A stretch of DNA of 64,000 bases from Clostridia bacterium (lineage in GTDB: Bacteria > Bacillota > Clostridia > Christensenellales > UBA1242), in NCBI GenBank assembly GCA_016297845.1, contig JAEDFV010000001.1, positions 80-64,079 on the forward strand. The letters are read 5' to 3'. The position numbers and the translations under genes were made by a program. Of this stretch, positions 24,901 to 33,772 are shown piece by piece. How positions within the stretch are numbered: the first letter of the stretch is position 1; the number at the start of each line of letters is the position of its first letter. Below the pieces are notes generated by a model. That model was not told the DNA's origin. It did no database searches and worked only from the letters and a program-made list of their open reading frames with translations.

Positions 24901-25627
24901 AAATTTCGCGACTAGATTCAATAACTCCCGTAACTCCCTCACCGTCTGATGTTGAAAGAACGGTTTTTCCGTTGTTGGTCAAACTCACGTCGCCATCGAA
25001 AAATTCTAGGTCACGCATATTGGATTCAAGAGGATAGAAATTGAAATAGTTCTCGGGATTTATTTCAAGAGTTTTTCCTTTTTCAAGATAGATTATTGCA
25101 TTTGTTTTTGCAGAAAAATTTTCAAGTTTTGAAAAACATTTAACAACAAATGATGTCGTTTTCCCAAATTGCCCAGTTTTAACAAAAACTTCGGCAGTGC
25201 CCGCAGAATTTGCAGTTATTGTAACTTTTGCCTTTCCGTTTGATAGATATTCAACTTTTGAAATCGAAACACAGTTTGAATCAGTTGAGAAAAAGACATC
25301 TTTTCCCATTCCTTCAAAATAACCGCCAATTTGAACAGTAATTTCTCTTGAAGCAAATTGTTCATTGCCAACAATGAGAGAAACAGCATTTTGTGATGAA
25401 ATCAAACCAAGATAGGTTTTTCCTTGAGTAAACAAATCCTTTTCCGAAGACGACAATCGCAGTTCGTCAGAGAAATCGTTTTTCAGAGTGGTGGAAAGTT
25501 GAGTATCAAGCCCGTCTGAAACGTAGATTGATACATTTTCCCCAGAATTTTCTCCGCAAGAAACTAGGGTCACCCCACAAACTGCGACCAGAATCAAAAT
25601 TATTAAACTAAAAATTCTTTTTCTCAT
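15980..25627 (-). CDS. Giant lipoprotein with Ig-like and GLUG-like repeat regions (paralogue 2)
   Basis: 3215 aa; signal peptide and lipobox MRKRIFSLIILILVAVCGVTLVSCGE; CGGAGGACGATATG ribosome-binding site; repeated GG(V/I)VGxNxGxIxN/S motifs. Confidence 0.85.
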   Translation of the reverse strand: MRKRIFSLIILILVAVCGVTLVSCGENSGENVSIYVSDGLDTQLSTTLKNDFSDELRLSSSEKDLFTQGKTYLGLISSQNAVSLIVGNEQFASREITVQIGGYFEGMGKDVFFSTDSNCVSISKVEYLSNGKAKVTITANSAGTAEVFVKTGQFGKTTSFVVKCFSKLENFSAKTNAIIYLEKGKTLEINPENYFNFYPLESNMRDLEFFDGDVSLTNNGKTVLSTSDGEGVTGVIESSREISVRAIRLVGTEALDTISVVVVDSLESMGLKKTVYDNSGIESYAELGETLTVIQNVTSKEGVSYGVRKVYVTLDCDEKDLEISAKAFSKGQEIGIYIIPTNLEQITQNNFATSKFKNLVDTSREQFSTYVFEFEFKYEGYSEYDVKFTFKVGEYEYSESLKTTVEFKTASSLIELKKLGETKESEEFLIYDYYSGSYGTGLTISIGRSDLFSQSTISLEFEDADLGKFILMTRTGTQKQTLTFSSGETFCVKANLGVTPKTYNVKAKISFTFEGVDFVTEKTYNFNVQNSPTNVKLISGIESINNYNFDLNTSGKVLGQEVYNSRKTLELEVCGFAGSASLGALSDFTVISSSGILQVIKDGEKIKLTAIDTGFGSFEVVLGNGVKITFNYNVIQSVSNAEISFPEVSQNSSLTAVLSNYVYNEKTYDQYAIVKTNSAVPLLISASGDFTYKLKIDGTVIETPTNGKLIFENEFSKKELTVEITFNKVNESGEIVSVTENANGMILMSAITEISSLSISTSKGSTNFSLYDYTSVGYFSKNLATANIYLNVVPTSIKQDIFDAVVWTTNVGELAKVENVDSDVYTCDVFTFEFFKRGENAGMGIITCKVNDGNLFDDDGNLRLGRVTLSASVSRSKDVENSSVYKNINFNVKQANKVDVISVNKTQINLDPYSNNDQVLVSIFPLEATNKNWNYVFIPATEGIDESDISITKIETGLKIELKNNDVAGKGTLRLIALDSYSTVSDYSTFVDISVNINDGSEAYPYYIKTADDIEKLVNTNFEKYYIVSGNFDLSGYDWSNKTLSGTIKSEDGKSATFTKEFESCSNTTNEVYIGLFKEITGTISGIKLDVLFNLDFSENTGKTIYIGGFAGKNSGTIENVSVEIKNGSSISVGNNTLYFGGVVGVNNGTILNNITASSKLTMLVSGKFEIGCISASIISVGGAVGQNNGTIERTIEAGLVEFNNSFATANVNMTISCDSVDSVNTQSCVGGIVGSSTNLLSNLESVGTITASNFDNVGGVVGNNSGTIENCLSQAVVVGHDNVGGAVGTNSGTISGMIVESLEKKSGVTLISGNNNVGGIVGNMTGGSLGSSSFISYLSDTNAVDISSSNKYGFIVGAKTGGTIDYVVAIADGNGVSQFEITDTERNYAIYKKGDNNPTKSYGVAENKLKTEIKEVEGFGFIFLPTATINMMLTEEGEKFELSSSSLDGKVAFYIFLHDKNGDYIEKQISSMLTTSLGNRYLIESSNNEILAISNGKLVPKSIGETKLIVSSPYVTGSQEIYVKVISFANNISVYLDSTKATEIENDSTVVFDAELSKILYLSLLDKYNLKNFDIPTDIKMLFKIVVGGETKYIKPGEEILDLALKLVQNDPETYQISVNGNTGEYNVTILPYIEFVGEDGKTYFKILDLEVDEKSKKEINSKFVFENTTKGINISKNKIETEPYYVTDMNVSLDSINENEEVTISIKELDENGNILVDPGTLYLELIVQCGEDSLTNKSGESYGDTLSFHINCKVNSNFTIKFKLDENGKTISSAKTFKITITASNGVSSSMTITYQPQSVISVYTNLFPTISKDEEKYNFSGRFSYIPSGVIIPGQHSLLELSITPYFTYFKTVEIVNVEGNEYDLAFDLFDRVLDAPLSGAKRISNGISIPKSLIQNGKFYVRAFADQRMSDNSQVALKVIFRDENGNQIGDEVLLNFFVERLPGVILTVDGVSSGNNENNPVKLAQGVSYDLDVDVKGFTFGTFTTSGSIITDGQVCFELSGNASGFVSIVKNDDGTYKLVIKDALPSGERTLMIKSYGLDIDGEKSQEAILYIELEQFVVKENNLSDIVSNVFNNIYASAIGNSYTFEISLNSDILIYNKSNETIRNNVLKFLSDLSVGNETELVWSFRESTGTWNTIIGNKNFKDGVGNTKVYTTSKGGFKISYNETTKKIVIKFMKVHTPSAPDLEIKFSAKFYYNDNGIPSLYTEDVIGKNLYTLSQIFTFDISEKTSLRNPYPIYSYEDMLDMREGNYYILMNDIPLPDDFTPIETLIGGFNGNNYKITLPREYSLKSEETKSIKFGLFKITAQNTLLQNIVIFVNENTNFNFYDYTSVTFGLLVGENNGKITNCSVQGEQYAIMNLNLFGIPDSTEVGNQVGGLVGINNGDITNSHIETGLSLNATNLSTSGYLPANLGGITAINGGSGSIASSYVKARIENNTAGSVSAITGGVVGVNQLGGTIFTTYITSGYTDADMFPDEVAGVNIIYSTASAGAFVYENYGEISNCYSNIPVKTNESASGFVFNNQSEGKITHCYSTSALESSAKNGVFIGILTGISENSILNSGELEACFALESGNFNKGLGSNKGVEGLEILQTENDFSDSDKFEKYAFSNTADKTEGVWFWANGSLGEVDFCNEKGEYLTFSTKAPQLVSPNILTYGHKKLVDTYFDSATETTTYIYEDEEKNPEGSKFNPYIISSQDDLEFLISSSSGFTSGVIIKDLYCRLIGDIIYETSTVSSGLYQYTFLGNLEGNGYTIGNYVLDSGAKLDNAGFFGTIGLASQKVGSIKNLTFAPRYISLANCNNVGAVAGTVYGATLVNIVIDGATYAVELEGVTVLGKNAVGGICGVAEGEFNFNNIISSISVNASYRASLNNHPIREYLNGNSNQVSYAGMIAGIVNGYGRVVFASVYGNNVSAAENAGLMFGYIGKNVIVQNLEAIGAQGQKVKADVYGGVVAGHNLGTIEDVKIVGDDGSAYLGFFGSENFSPNAIGNIAGYMSNGTIKNVYVNTKLKAKIDVGALGGAVGLMSAGRIENVIIIGEIIGGNKIGGLVGQIKNLDSSSYKISIIDSFHSGAITSTSSEVITSVGTVVGYISGYVEDMINCKVVSPDSGVNSELTKTINIILTSAFKDDIQQKLSDGSYLTKIVINNYSISESLQVWYGIGIYEYKTTYKKGLLSDASLDIYKISSDNETIYIPLSAKYTLNGEKRPK

Positions 25628-28600
25628 ATCGTCCTCCGTTAGTTGTTAACAAAGTTTTTTAAACTTAGCATCGTTCTTTGTTGAAATTGTAACTTTTTGA
25701 TTATTAGCATCAACAACAGTTCGTTCAAGTGTATACAATTCAATATTTGTATCTTCTAAAACAAATTCTTTGCCATTAATTAGCGCCTGAACTTGACCAA
25801 TTACTCCTGAAAAATAGTTATTTGAATAATAGTTATAGTTCCACTTTGATACATTGTGACCACTCGTGGTGAAAACTAAAACATTCGCTCCATCGTCGAT
25901 TTTATAATATGTAACTGTATCACCCCCTCCGGACGGAGTTCCACTGCCTGAACTATAAGTTCCAGTAAACGATGCTATTATTTTCTTTCCTCCAACATTT
26001 TCTGAAACCCCAACAACATACGCATCACTGTCAGTTGTTAATACAGAATCATCTGCAAATAAGTTTTGGTTCGACCCAAAGTAAATTTTGTGGCCGTTGC
26101 CGTTAAACGTTCCAGTAAATCCAGAAACCGGCTTCCAAACATATTTGCTAAGGTCTACGTCAGACATAAGATTGATTGTTTTATCTTTATGATTATAAAG
26201 CGCATACGCTAAACCTGCACCAGTGTAGACGTTGATGCTTACATCATGCAATGAGTAGTCTAATCCCCGTTTAGCTTCATCATAGTTATATTTCGCTGGG
26301 AATATTCCAATCAGTGTATTCCAATAATTCGAAAAACTTTGACCAGTGGTGTTTTCTGGCGTATAGGACCCAGTTACTGTCCCAGAGTTATAGCATTGAT
26401 TAGCTTTTAAATCGAATCGTGAACAAAAGTACACAGACATTGTTATAGTATATATCCCAGGACCTTTATATTCAAATTTGCAAGATATCGAATATCTATA
26501 ATTTGTCTCATCTATATCAACGTTTGATTTAGTATAACTATAACCATTCCCTTCATTATACAAATTAGTACGTACAAGTTCTGTGCCCTTAACAAAGATT
26601 GCACCTTGAACTGGTGATAGGTTGGTACCTTCCTGATATACTCTTACTTCAAATGGAATACCTTCTATTTCAAAGTAACCTGCCTGTTTGCCAACGTTAC
26701 CAGACATAGTACAATCCATTTTTTCTTCAACGAATCCATCCTTATGTCCAAAATAATCTCCAACAATTCCGCCAACCCATATAGAACCAGTAATGCTTCC
26801 AAAGTTTGCACAGTTTGTAATTGAAACAGTACTGCTACTTGGAACCTTTCCCACAATTCCGCCGGCATTTCCTTTTGCAGAAGCTGTGACTGAGCCGAAG
26901 TTTCGGCAACCAGAGATTGTTCCGGCAGTCATCTCAAAAACAATTCCCCCTGCATTTGCCCCACCTGAAACGGTGTTATAGTTTTGGCAGTTTTTAATAG
27001 TTCCGCTGTTAGAGTTGACCAGCCCAGCATCTGTGCAAGTTGCACCCGAAACAATTATTCCTGAAAGCGTTCCAGAGTTTGAGTCAATAACGGAATCTAT
27101 AGAACTAGGAGCATACACAAGTGCCAAGTTTTTGATTGTTCCCTTGTTCTCATTGGCAAATTGAACAGCATTAAGGCCATATATATGATAGCCCTGCCCG
27201 TTAATTATTCCTGAGTTGGTTGTGATTGTTTTCCAATCAGTCATGCTCATATCTGTCATGAAAGCGTAATTGTTGCCTTTATTGATTGTTTTCCCGCTCA
27301 TCAACTTCAAGAAGCCAACATGAGGGAGATAGAAAGGGCCGTCATCGTCTTTTGTTTTAATGTCTAAATATTCGAATCCTTTGTAAGCTTTTAACCCAGC
27401 TACGTCACCAGCTTTGAAAGTTGGATAACCAAAATTGTACCCGGAGTTTTTTATCCAAACAAGACCGTTTGAATCACTTAGGGGAATTTGATTCGTACCG
27501 CTTAAATCCCCAATTTTGCAAACTGAATTTGAGGTTTCTTCTCCGGTTCCTGAACTTGAATTTGAAAAATTTTCAACTGCGTCTGAGTCGTAGAAGAAGT
27601 TAGAAACTATATTTTGGCCATTTGCAACACTGTTGGATTCTGCTTGCTTAATTGCCGTGAATGAGTTGTAAACTATGCCTTTGCTTGGAGCGGAAGGTGA
27701 TCCATCTCCATTGCAGAATGCATATTGCGCGCCGGAGTGAACAGCACCTGTTGAGTAGCAGTTTTCGATAACTCCTGTGTTGTTTCCAATAAATCCTGCA
27801 TAAGCAGATTTAACGTTCAACACAACACCAGTGTCTGCAATTTTTCCTGTGTTCGTTCCTACAACACCAGCAACAACGGTTCCTTGAATCGTGCCAAATT
27901 CAGCAGCGAGAAGTTTGAAATCATTACCTGTGTAGCCCGAAACTTCAACAGAAAGAGCAAAAATAATTCCTTTGTTTTTGTCTGCCACGCCCGATGGAAC
28001 ACCATTTTCCACACTTGTGACATTTCCTTTGCTGTCCGTTCCATTAAATTGCTTTGAAGTGAATTTGATTTTCACACCAGAGATGTAACCGTTTATTGTT
28101 CCAAAAATGGATTGTTCTCCCGAAGCAGTGATTGTATGTCCATCACCAACCAAGTGACCATTGAGTTCAACTGCGGAAGGTTTATTTATAGAACCTAATG
28201 TGCGGTCATTAGTTAAAACATAATAACCTTCGCCTAAACCTGCAGTTAATGAAGGGTTTTCATGAGGCTTAAGTTTTGTGCCTTTTTCTTCTCCAACTTC
28301 ACCGTTCAAAGGTTTGTCGTCACCAGTGAGTTCTGACAAAATATTGCTATAATACAAATTTTTCCCTTTCGCGTCTGTTGCAAGATTGATTTGGTGGCAG
28401 TAGTAATTGCCATCACTAACATAGTCCTCACTATGTGTATTACCTACAATTGCACAAATTTTTGAGTTGTTTGCTGTTGCGAAAACATACATTGAAGTTA
28501 AACTGTAGTTTCCAGTTATTGAGCCTTCTATATCTCCAATATTTCCAACATAACCAACAATTCCGCCAACATTAAGAGCAGACAATTTTGACCAAGAAGG

Positions 28601-30790
28601 ATTATCTTTTTTACCAATTTCAATATTTCCCCAAGCGTAGTTTGTCGAAACTGAATATCCTTCACCGCTACCGGCGTCAATCCAACCAACAATTCCGCCA
28701 ACGTAAAGACTAGCACTAAGTTTTGCATTAATTTTTATATCTCCAGAGACTTTTGATTCTTTAATTGATGCTTTAGGTCCCATAAACCCTACAATTCCGC
28801 CAGCATAACATTTCCCGGATTCTGGGATAGTTAAATCAATTGTCCCCGAATATTTAGAGTTTGAAATAGTTGATTTGTTTGTCGAGTTTAAATGACCAAT
28901 TATCCCGCCAACATAAATAACAAAAATCTTTTGAGAATTTCCTTCTGCTGTAACTTTCAAGTCGCTTCCAAATTGAACATTTTCAACTTTAGAAGAACCC
29001 ACAATCAAACCGAAAAGTCCGCCAACTGATGATGGTAATGGGTTTCCTTCTGAATCTACAACTTCTGAAGCAACAAGTTGCAATGACAAAGGCTCATCTC
29101 CGTCTTTTTTGCCTTTAAGAGTGACATCAACATTGTTGAATTGAGTAACATTGCTTACTTGACCTGCAATTCCACCAAGATTTATTAAATTTATTGTTTT
29201 GTTTTCTGCTTGATAGATTGAACCATCAACTTTAACTTTCCAATTTTCATCAATTTTGGTTGAAAGGGTGTTGATTCGACCAAACAGCAAACCGACATTG
29301 GCAGTTTTGCTTTGTCCAAGTTCAATTGAAACCTTTGTCAAAATTGTATCGCTTACAAGACTTTCAATTTCAGAACTATTTTTGTCATATGCTTTTCCAT
29401 ATCCAGTTTTGTCTGAAACAATTGCTGTTGTTCCTTGAGCATAGCCAACATATCCGCCAGCATAAACTTCTTTTTGCTTTTCGGACTCAGAATCTGTAAT
29501 GTCTTGAACAGTGATTGTTGTTTCTGAAACATTGTTATAACTGTAATTAATTGACCCTGATGTTTCTCCGAACATTCCGCCAACATAGACCATATCTAAT
29601 GGAGTATTTGGAGTTGTAACAGAACATTTATCCACTTTCACAAGCGAAATTTCAGCAATTGCGTTGGTGTTATTATCAAATCTTCCTGCAACAATTCCGG
29701 CATAAACAACCAAATAGGAATTATAGTTTTCTGTTGTTTCATTTTTCCCAGTACTTTGGTTCCATCCCTTACTATACGTGGTTTCTGTAATTTGTTCGCC
29801 ATCTGATGTTGAGGTTATTTTGCAGTTTGAAATTGTTATATTTCCGAAATCTACAACTCCAATAATTTCCCCAGCAACAACGCCAATTTTAGCTTGAGGG
29901 CTATTGATTGTTATATTTTGGAAAGTAATGTCTGAAATTTGAGATTGCGCTGTCATTGTGTTAGCAAGAACTGCAGTTGCAACGTTTGAACTTTCAGTTA
30001 CTCCATCAACCTTTCCGTCAAAAGTCAATTTCGAAATTTTTGCTCCAGCAATGTTATCAAAGAACGCACGAGTCATTCCAGTTAAAATTATTGCGCCTTC
30101 TTTTTCTCCATACATTGTTCCAAAGAATTTTGAGAAATATGCACCTTCATATGAATTTTGTAAACTTCCTTCAATCGCACTGAAATTAAAAATCAATTTC
30201 TCACCATCTACGGTTAAGCCCGCAAGTTCAGATGCTTCAAATTCACCATATGTTGATGATTTACCAGGTTCGTAAGTATAAGGGTTAAAAGTTGTTGTTG
30301 GGTTATCCCCAAAGATTACAACATTATCTCTCTTATAATAACGAGACAACTTCAAGATATCTGTTGGTTTTTCGATATAAAGAACTTTCGCCGTAACTCC
30401 AAAATAGATTGTTGGAAGAATTCTATCTTCTCTAAGTTCCCATGCACTTGGGTCCCAGAAGCTTCCAAGGAACATTTTGTTGATAACAGGGCTGTCAAGT
30501 TCAAAACCCTTATAATCGCTCATTGTAAACGTCAAGTTGTCTGCAAATTTATTTTCTTCTTCTTCTGCAGGAGGATTTCCGTCAACTTCGCCAAGAACAA
30601 AATTATATCCTGAATATTTGAATGTTTTGTTTGCAAAGACGGCTTTATCACCAGGTTGATTATAGTACAAAATTGAATAATCGCCTTTTTCTTTTTCGCC
30701 TTCATAATTTGTTCCAACAAGAGCGCTAAGCGTTTTAAGATTTATTGTTTGAACTTTGTTATTCTCTTCATTAAATTCATATGTTGCAAT

Positions 30791-30826
30791 TTCATTATCG
30801 CCAACCTTTTCATTATCGCCAACCTT
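30791..30826 (-). repeat. Perfect 18-bp tandem duplication encoding KVGDNE x2
   Basis: ttcattatcgccaacctt repeated at 30791-30808 and 30809-30826; protein KVGDNEKVGDNE. Confidence 0.95.
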
Positions 30827-31490
30827 ATATGTTGATGTATCTATGTAATAAGTTTTTCCTGACGTTGAGAAAGTTATTGCATTCTTTGATAGGTCATATA
30901 ATTTACCATCTTTTCCCTCTTTCATCACAACAACTTTACTTGTTCCACTTGGATAATAGTATTGTGCAACGTAGTTTTCGTCGTTTGCCAGTTGTTCTCG
31001 TGTAAGGAGAGTTCTATTACTACCATTTGTCATGTAACAAGTTTTTCCGAAAACTTCAAATTTGGCAACTTTGCCTTTGTAAGTGGAGCCTTCAATATCG
31101 TTATTAGAATCATAACCAACAATTTGAATTCCAATTTTAGCAACCTTATATGTTAATGTATCTATGTAATAAGTTTTTCCTAACGGGTTAAAAGTTACTT
31201 TATTTCCTGATGGGTCATATAATTCACCATCTTCGTCCTCGTACATCACAACAACAACTTCAGTTGTTCCATCTTCAGTTGTTTCATCAAGATAATAGTA
31301 TTGTGCAACATAGTCTTTGCCGTTTGCCAGCTGTTCTCGTATAAGGAGAGTTCTTACATCGCCTTCTTTCACGTAATTTGTCACGTAACATGTTTTTCCG
31401 AAAACTTCAAATTTTCCAACTTTGCCTTCGTAAGTGGAGCCTTTAATACCGTCATTAGAATCATAACCAACAATTGGAATTCCAGTTTTA
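30820..31490 (-). repeat. Two tandem ~320-350 bp coding repeats
   Basis: 30820-31140 and 31141-31490 both encode VAKxGIxIVGYDSNxxIxGSTYxGKVxKFEVFGKTCYxTN...LLxREQLAN..YVAQYYY...GKTYYIDTxTYKV. Confidence 0.85.
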
Positions 31491-33772
31491 GCAACTTCTT
31501 CCTTGCTGACAATATGCAAAACAAGAGTTTCGGTTGCTGAGATTTTTAAAGTGAAATCTCTGTAATCATAGGTTTTTTCATTATTTTCACCACTATATTC
31601 AGTTATTTCAAAATTGCCAGAGTTAAAGTTATTTGCAACTTTAATTGAATCGGTTATTGACGAATTTTCCTTTGAGTAGAAGTTGATTGCTGTGCATTTA
31701 TCGAAGGTCAAGCAACCAAGGTTTTGTCCAACAAGACCACCAGCAACCTTTGCATCAACATCTCCAAACGCATAAAGTTCGAACAAGTTTGCATTTGTTT
31801 TGCAAAGTCCGATTATTCCGCCTGCATAATCTGCTCCAGCAATTGAGACATCGACATTAGAGAATGACGTTGTCAAATTTCCACCAAGCATCTGACCAAC
31901 AATTCCACCGGCATATTTCAATGTTTCTCCAGTTGAATTGAAAAGTTTGGTGTTTCCACGGAACACTGATGCTGAAGAAGAGTAGTAACCTTTCAAGTTT
32001 TCTTCAATTGTCTTTTGGGTTTCATTATCATGTTCAATTCCAAGTTCAAAAAGGTCACCATAACTTACACCAACGATTCCACCTATTGTATTTTCATAGG
32101 AAATTAATCTTTGGTTCAAAGTTGATTCAGTTCCTGTCAATGTGAAAGATGCGTTTGCAAGATAAGTGCTCATTCCAACATATCCAACAACACCACCAAC
32201 GAAACTTCCTTGAACAGAAATGTTCTTTCCGAAATATTTAAGGTTAACAGCATTTGGTTTTGTTGAAACATTTTGGTTATCCATGATACTTTGATAGATG
32301 TCCAAAAGTCCAATAACTCCACCAGCAAATCCGTAGTCTTTGTTCTTGTCAACAAAGATTCCGCCTTCATTCTTAAAGTTATCTCTCAAAATACTTTGTG
32401 TGTAAGTGTCAATGTCTTTTTCTGCGTTTTTATTTCCTGAGATAACAGAAATGCTAGACGTCAAACTTGAAACTTTAGAATTTCCAGTCACAGCACCAAC
32501 AACACCGCCAACAATATTTTGTCCAGTTATTCTTGAACGATTTTGGTCATCTTCAGAAACAGCATATACACTTACGTTGCAGATTGCCGAGTTTTGTACA
32601 AGTCCGGCAACTGTTCCAACGTAAATTCCAGAAATGCCTGATGACACACTCTTAACTGTGATTGTTACATTTTTAAATACACCACCACTCGATATTTGAG
32701 AGAAAATTCCAACAGAGGATTGCGTGTCAAGAGCAATTTCTACATTTTTTATTGTCAATCCATTTCCATCGAAAGACCCACAATTATCTCCACTGTTAGC
32801 TAAAAGCATAATTGAAGAAGCAATTCTTATGTTTTCAACATATTTGAGTGTTGAGAAATCTATATCTGAAACAAGTCGATAGTTTCCGAAAACAATTCCA
32901 AGATTCTTATCATACATTTGGCTAATTGCATAGTAAGCACCTTTTGTTAGAGTTGTTTCTTGTCCAAAAACTCTGTTGAATTCATCTCCTGTTCGAATTA
33001 TGATTGGGTTGTTTGCGCTTCCATATTCATAACCATTTAGATATGGGAATATATCTAAACTTTCTATCGAACTATAATTCTTTATAATTCTTCTAACAGA
33101 AATTGCTTTTTGATTTGCTGAAACAAGTTCTGGGAACAAACCATTCCAAGACCAGATTCCGTCATAATCATTTTTGCTCGTCATAGCAAAAGTTTGGAAT
33201 GTTGTTTCATCAAACGTTGAAATCTGAACTGCTTGAGCTCCAGTTCCATACTTATCTTCCAAAATTGAACCAGTGTCAACATTTTTTACCAAATAATAGC
33301 AGTCAACAAGTCCATCTTCTGAAAGTTGCATTATTTCTTCACGTGCATTTTTGCCTGTGAATGGCATTTGGGTCGTAAGTTCACCAACAATTGTTGATGC
33401 ACTGTAACATCTTTCAAGTTTTCCATCTGCTTGATTGTTGTATACAAACCCTGATACAAGTCTGCCTGTGCTGTCTCCAGCAAGACGAATATTTGAATAA
33501 CAATCTGTTATTGTTCCATTGTTTTGATATGCGAATCCTGCAGACGTGCCTTGGCTTACAATACCACCACCAGTTATGTTAACGCTTAAGTCAGTGATTA
33601 ATTTTATGCCTTCACTATAAGAAGTTGTTATAAGTGCACCAAGATTGTTATATAACACAAAACCGCTTGTCGCATTGAGTGATGCAGATGTTGTCATATT
33701 TGTAAGTGTTGCACTAGCGAAATATGAAGCAGAAATTAAACCATTGTTTTTAACAACGAATCCCGCCATATC

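Larger units (their letters stand above)
25646..33769 (-). pseudogene. C-terminal portion of giant lipoprotein 1, separated from the upstream ORF by one in-frame TGA
   Basis: 2707 aa open frame in the same frame as 33773-44677; no signal peptide and no ribosome-binding site before ATG 33769; GLUG-like repeats; aligns to the middle and C-terminal region of the 15980-25627 product. Confidence 0.7.

Noticed and set aside
30962-31540. Paired plus-strand ORFs MCNVVFVVCQLFSCKESS.. and MCNIVFAVCQLFSYKESS.. as paralogous small proteins
   Set aside because: They are antisense shadows of the tandem coding repeat on the minus strand.
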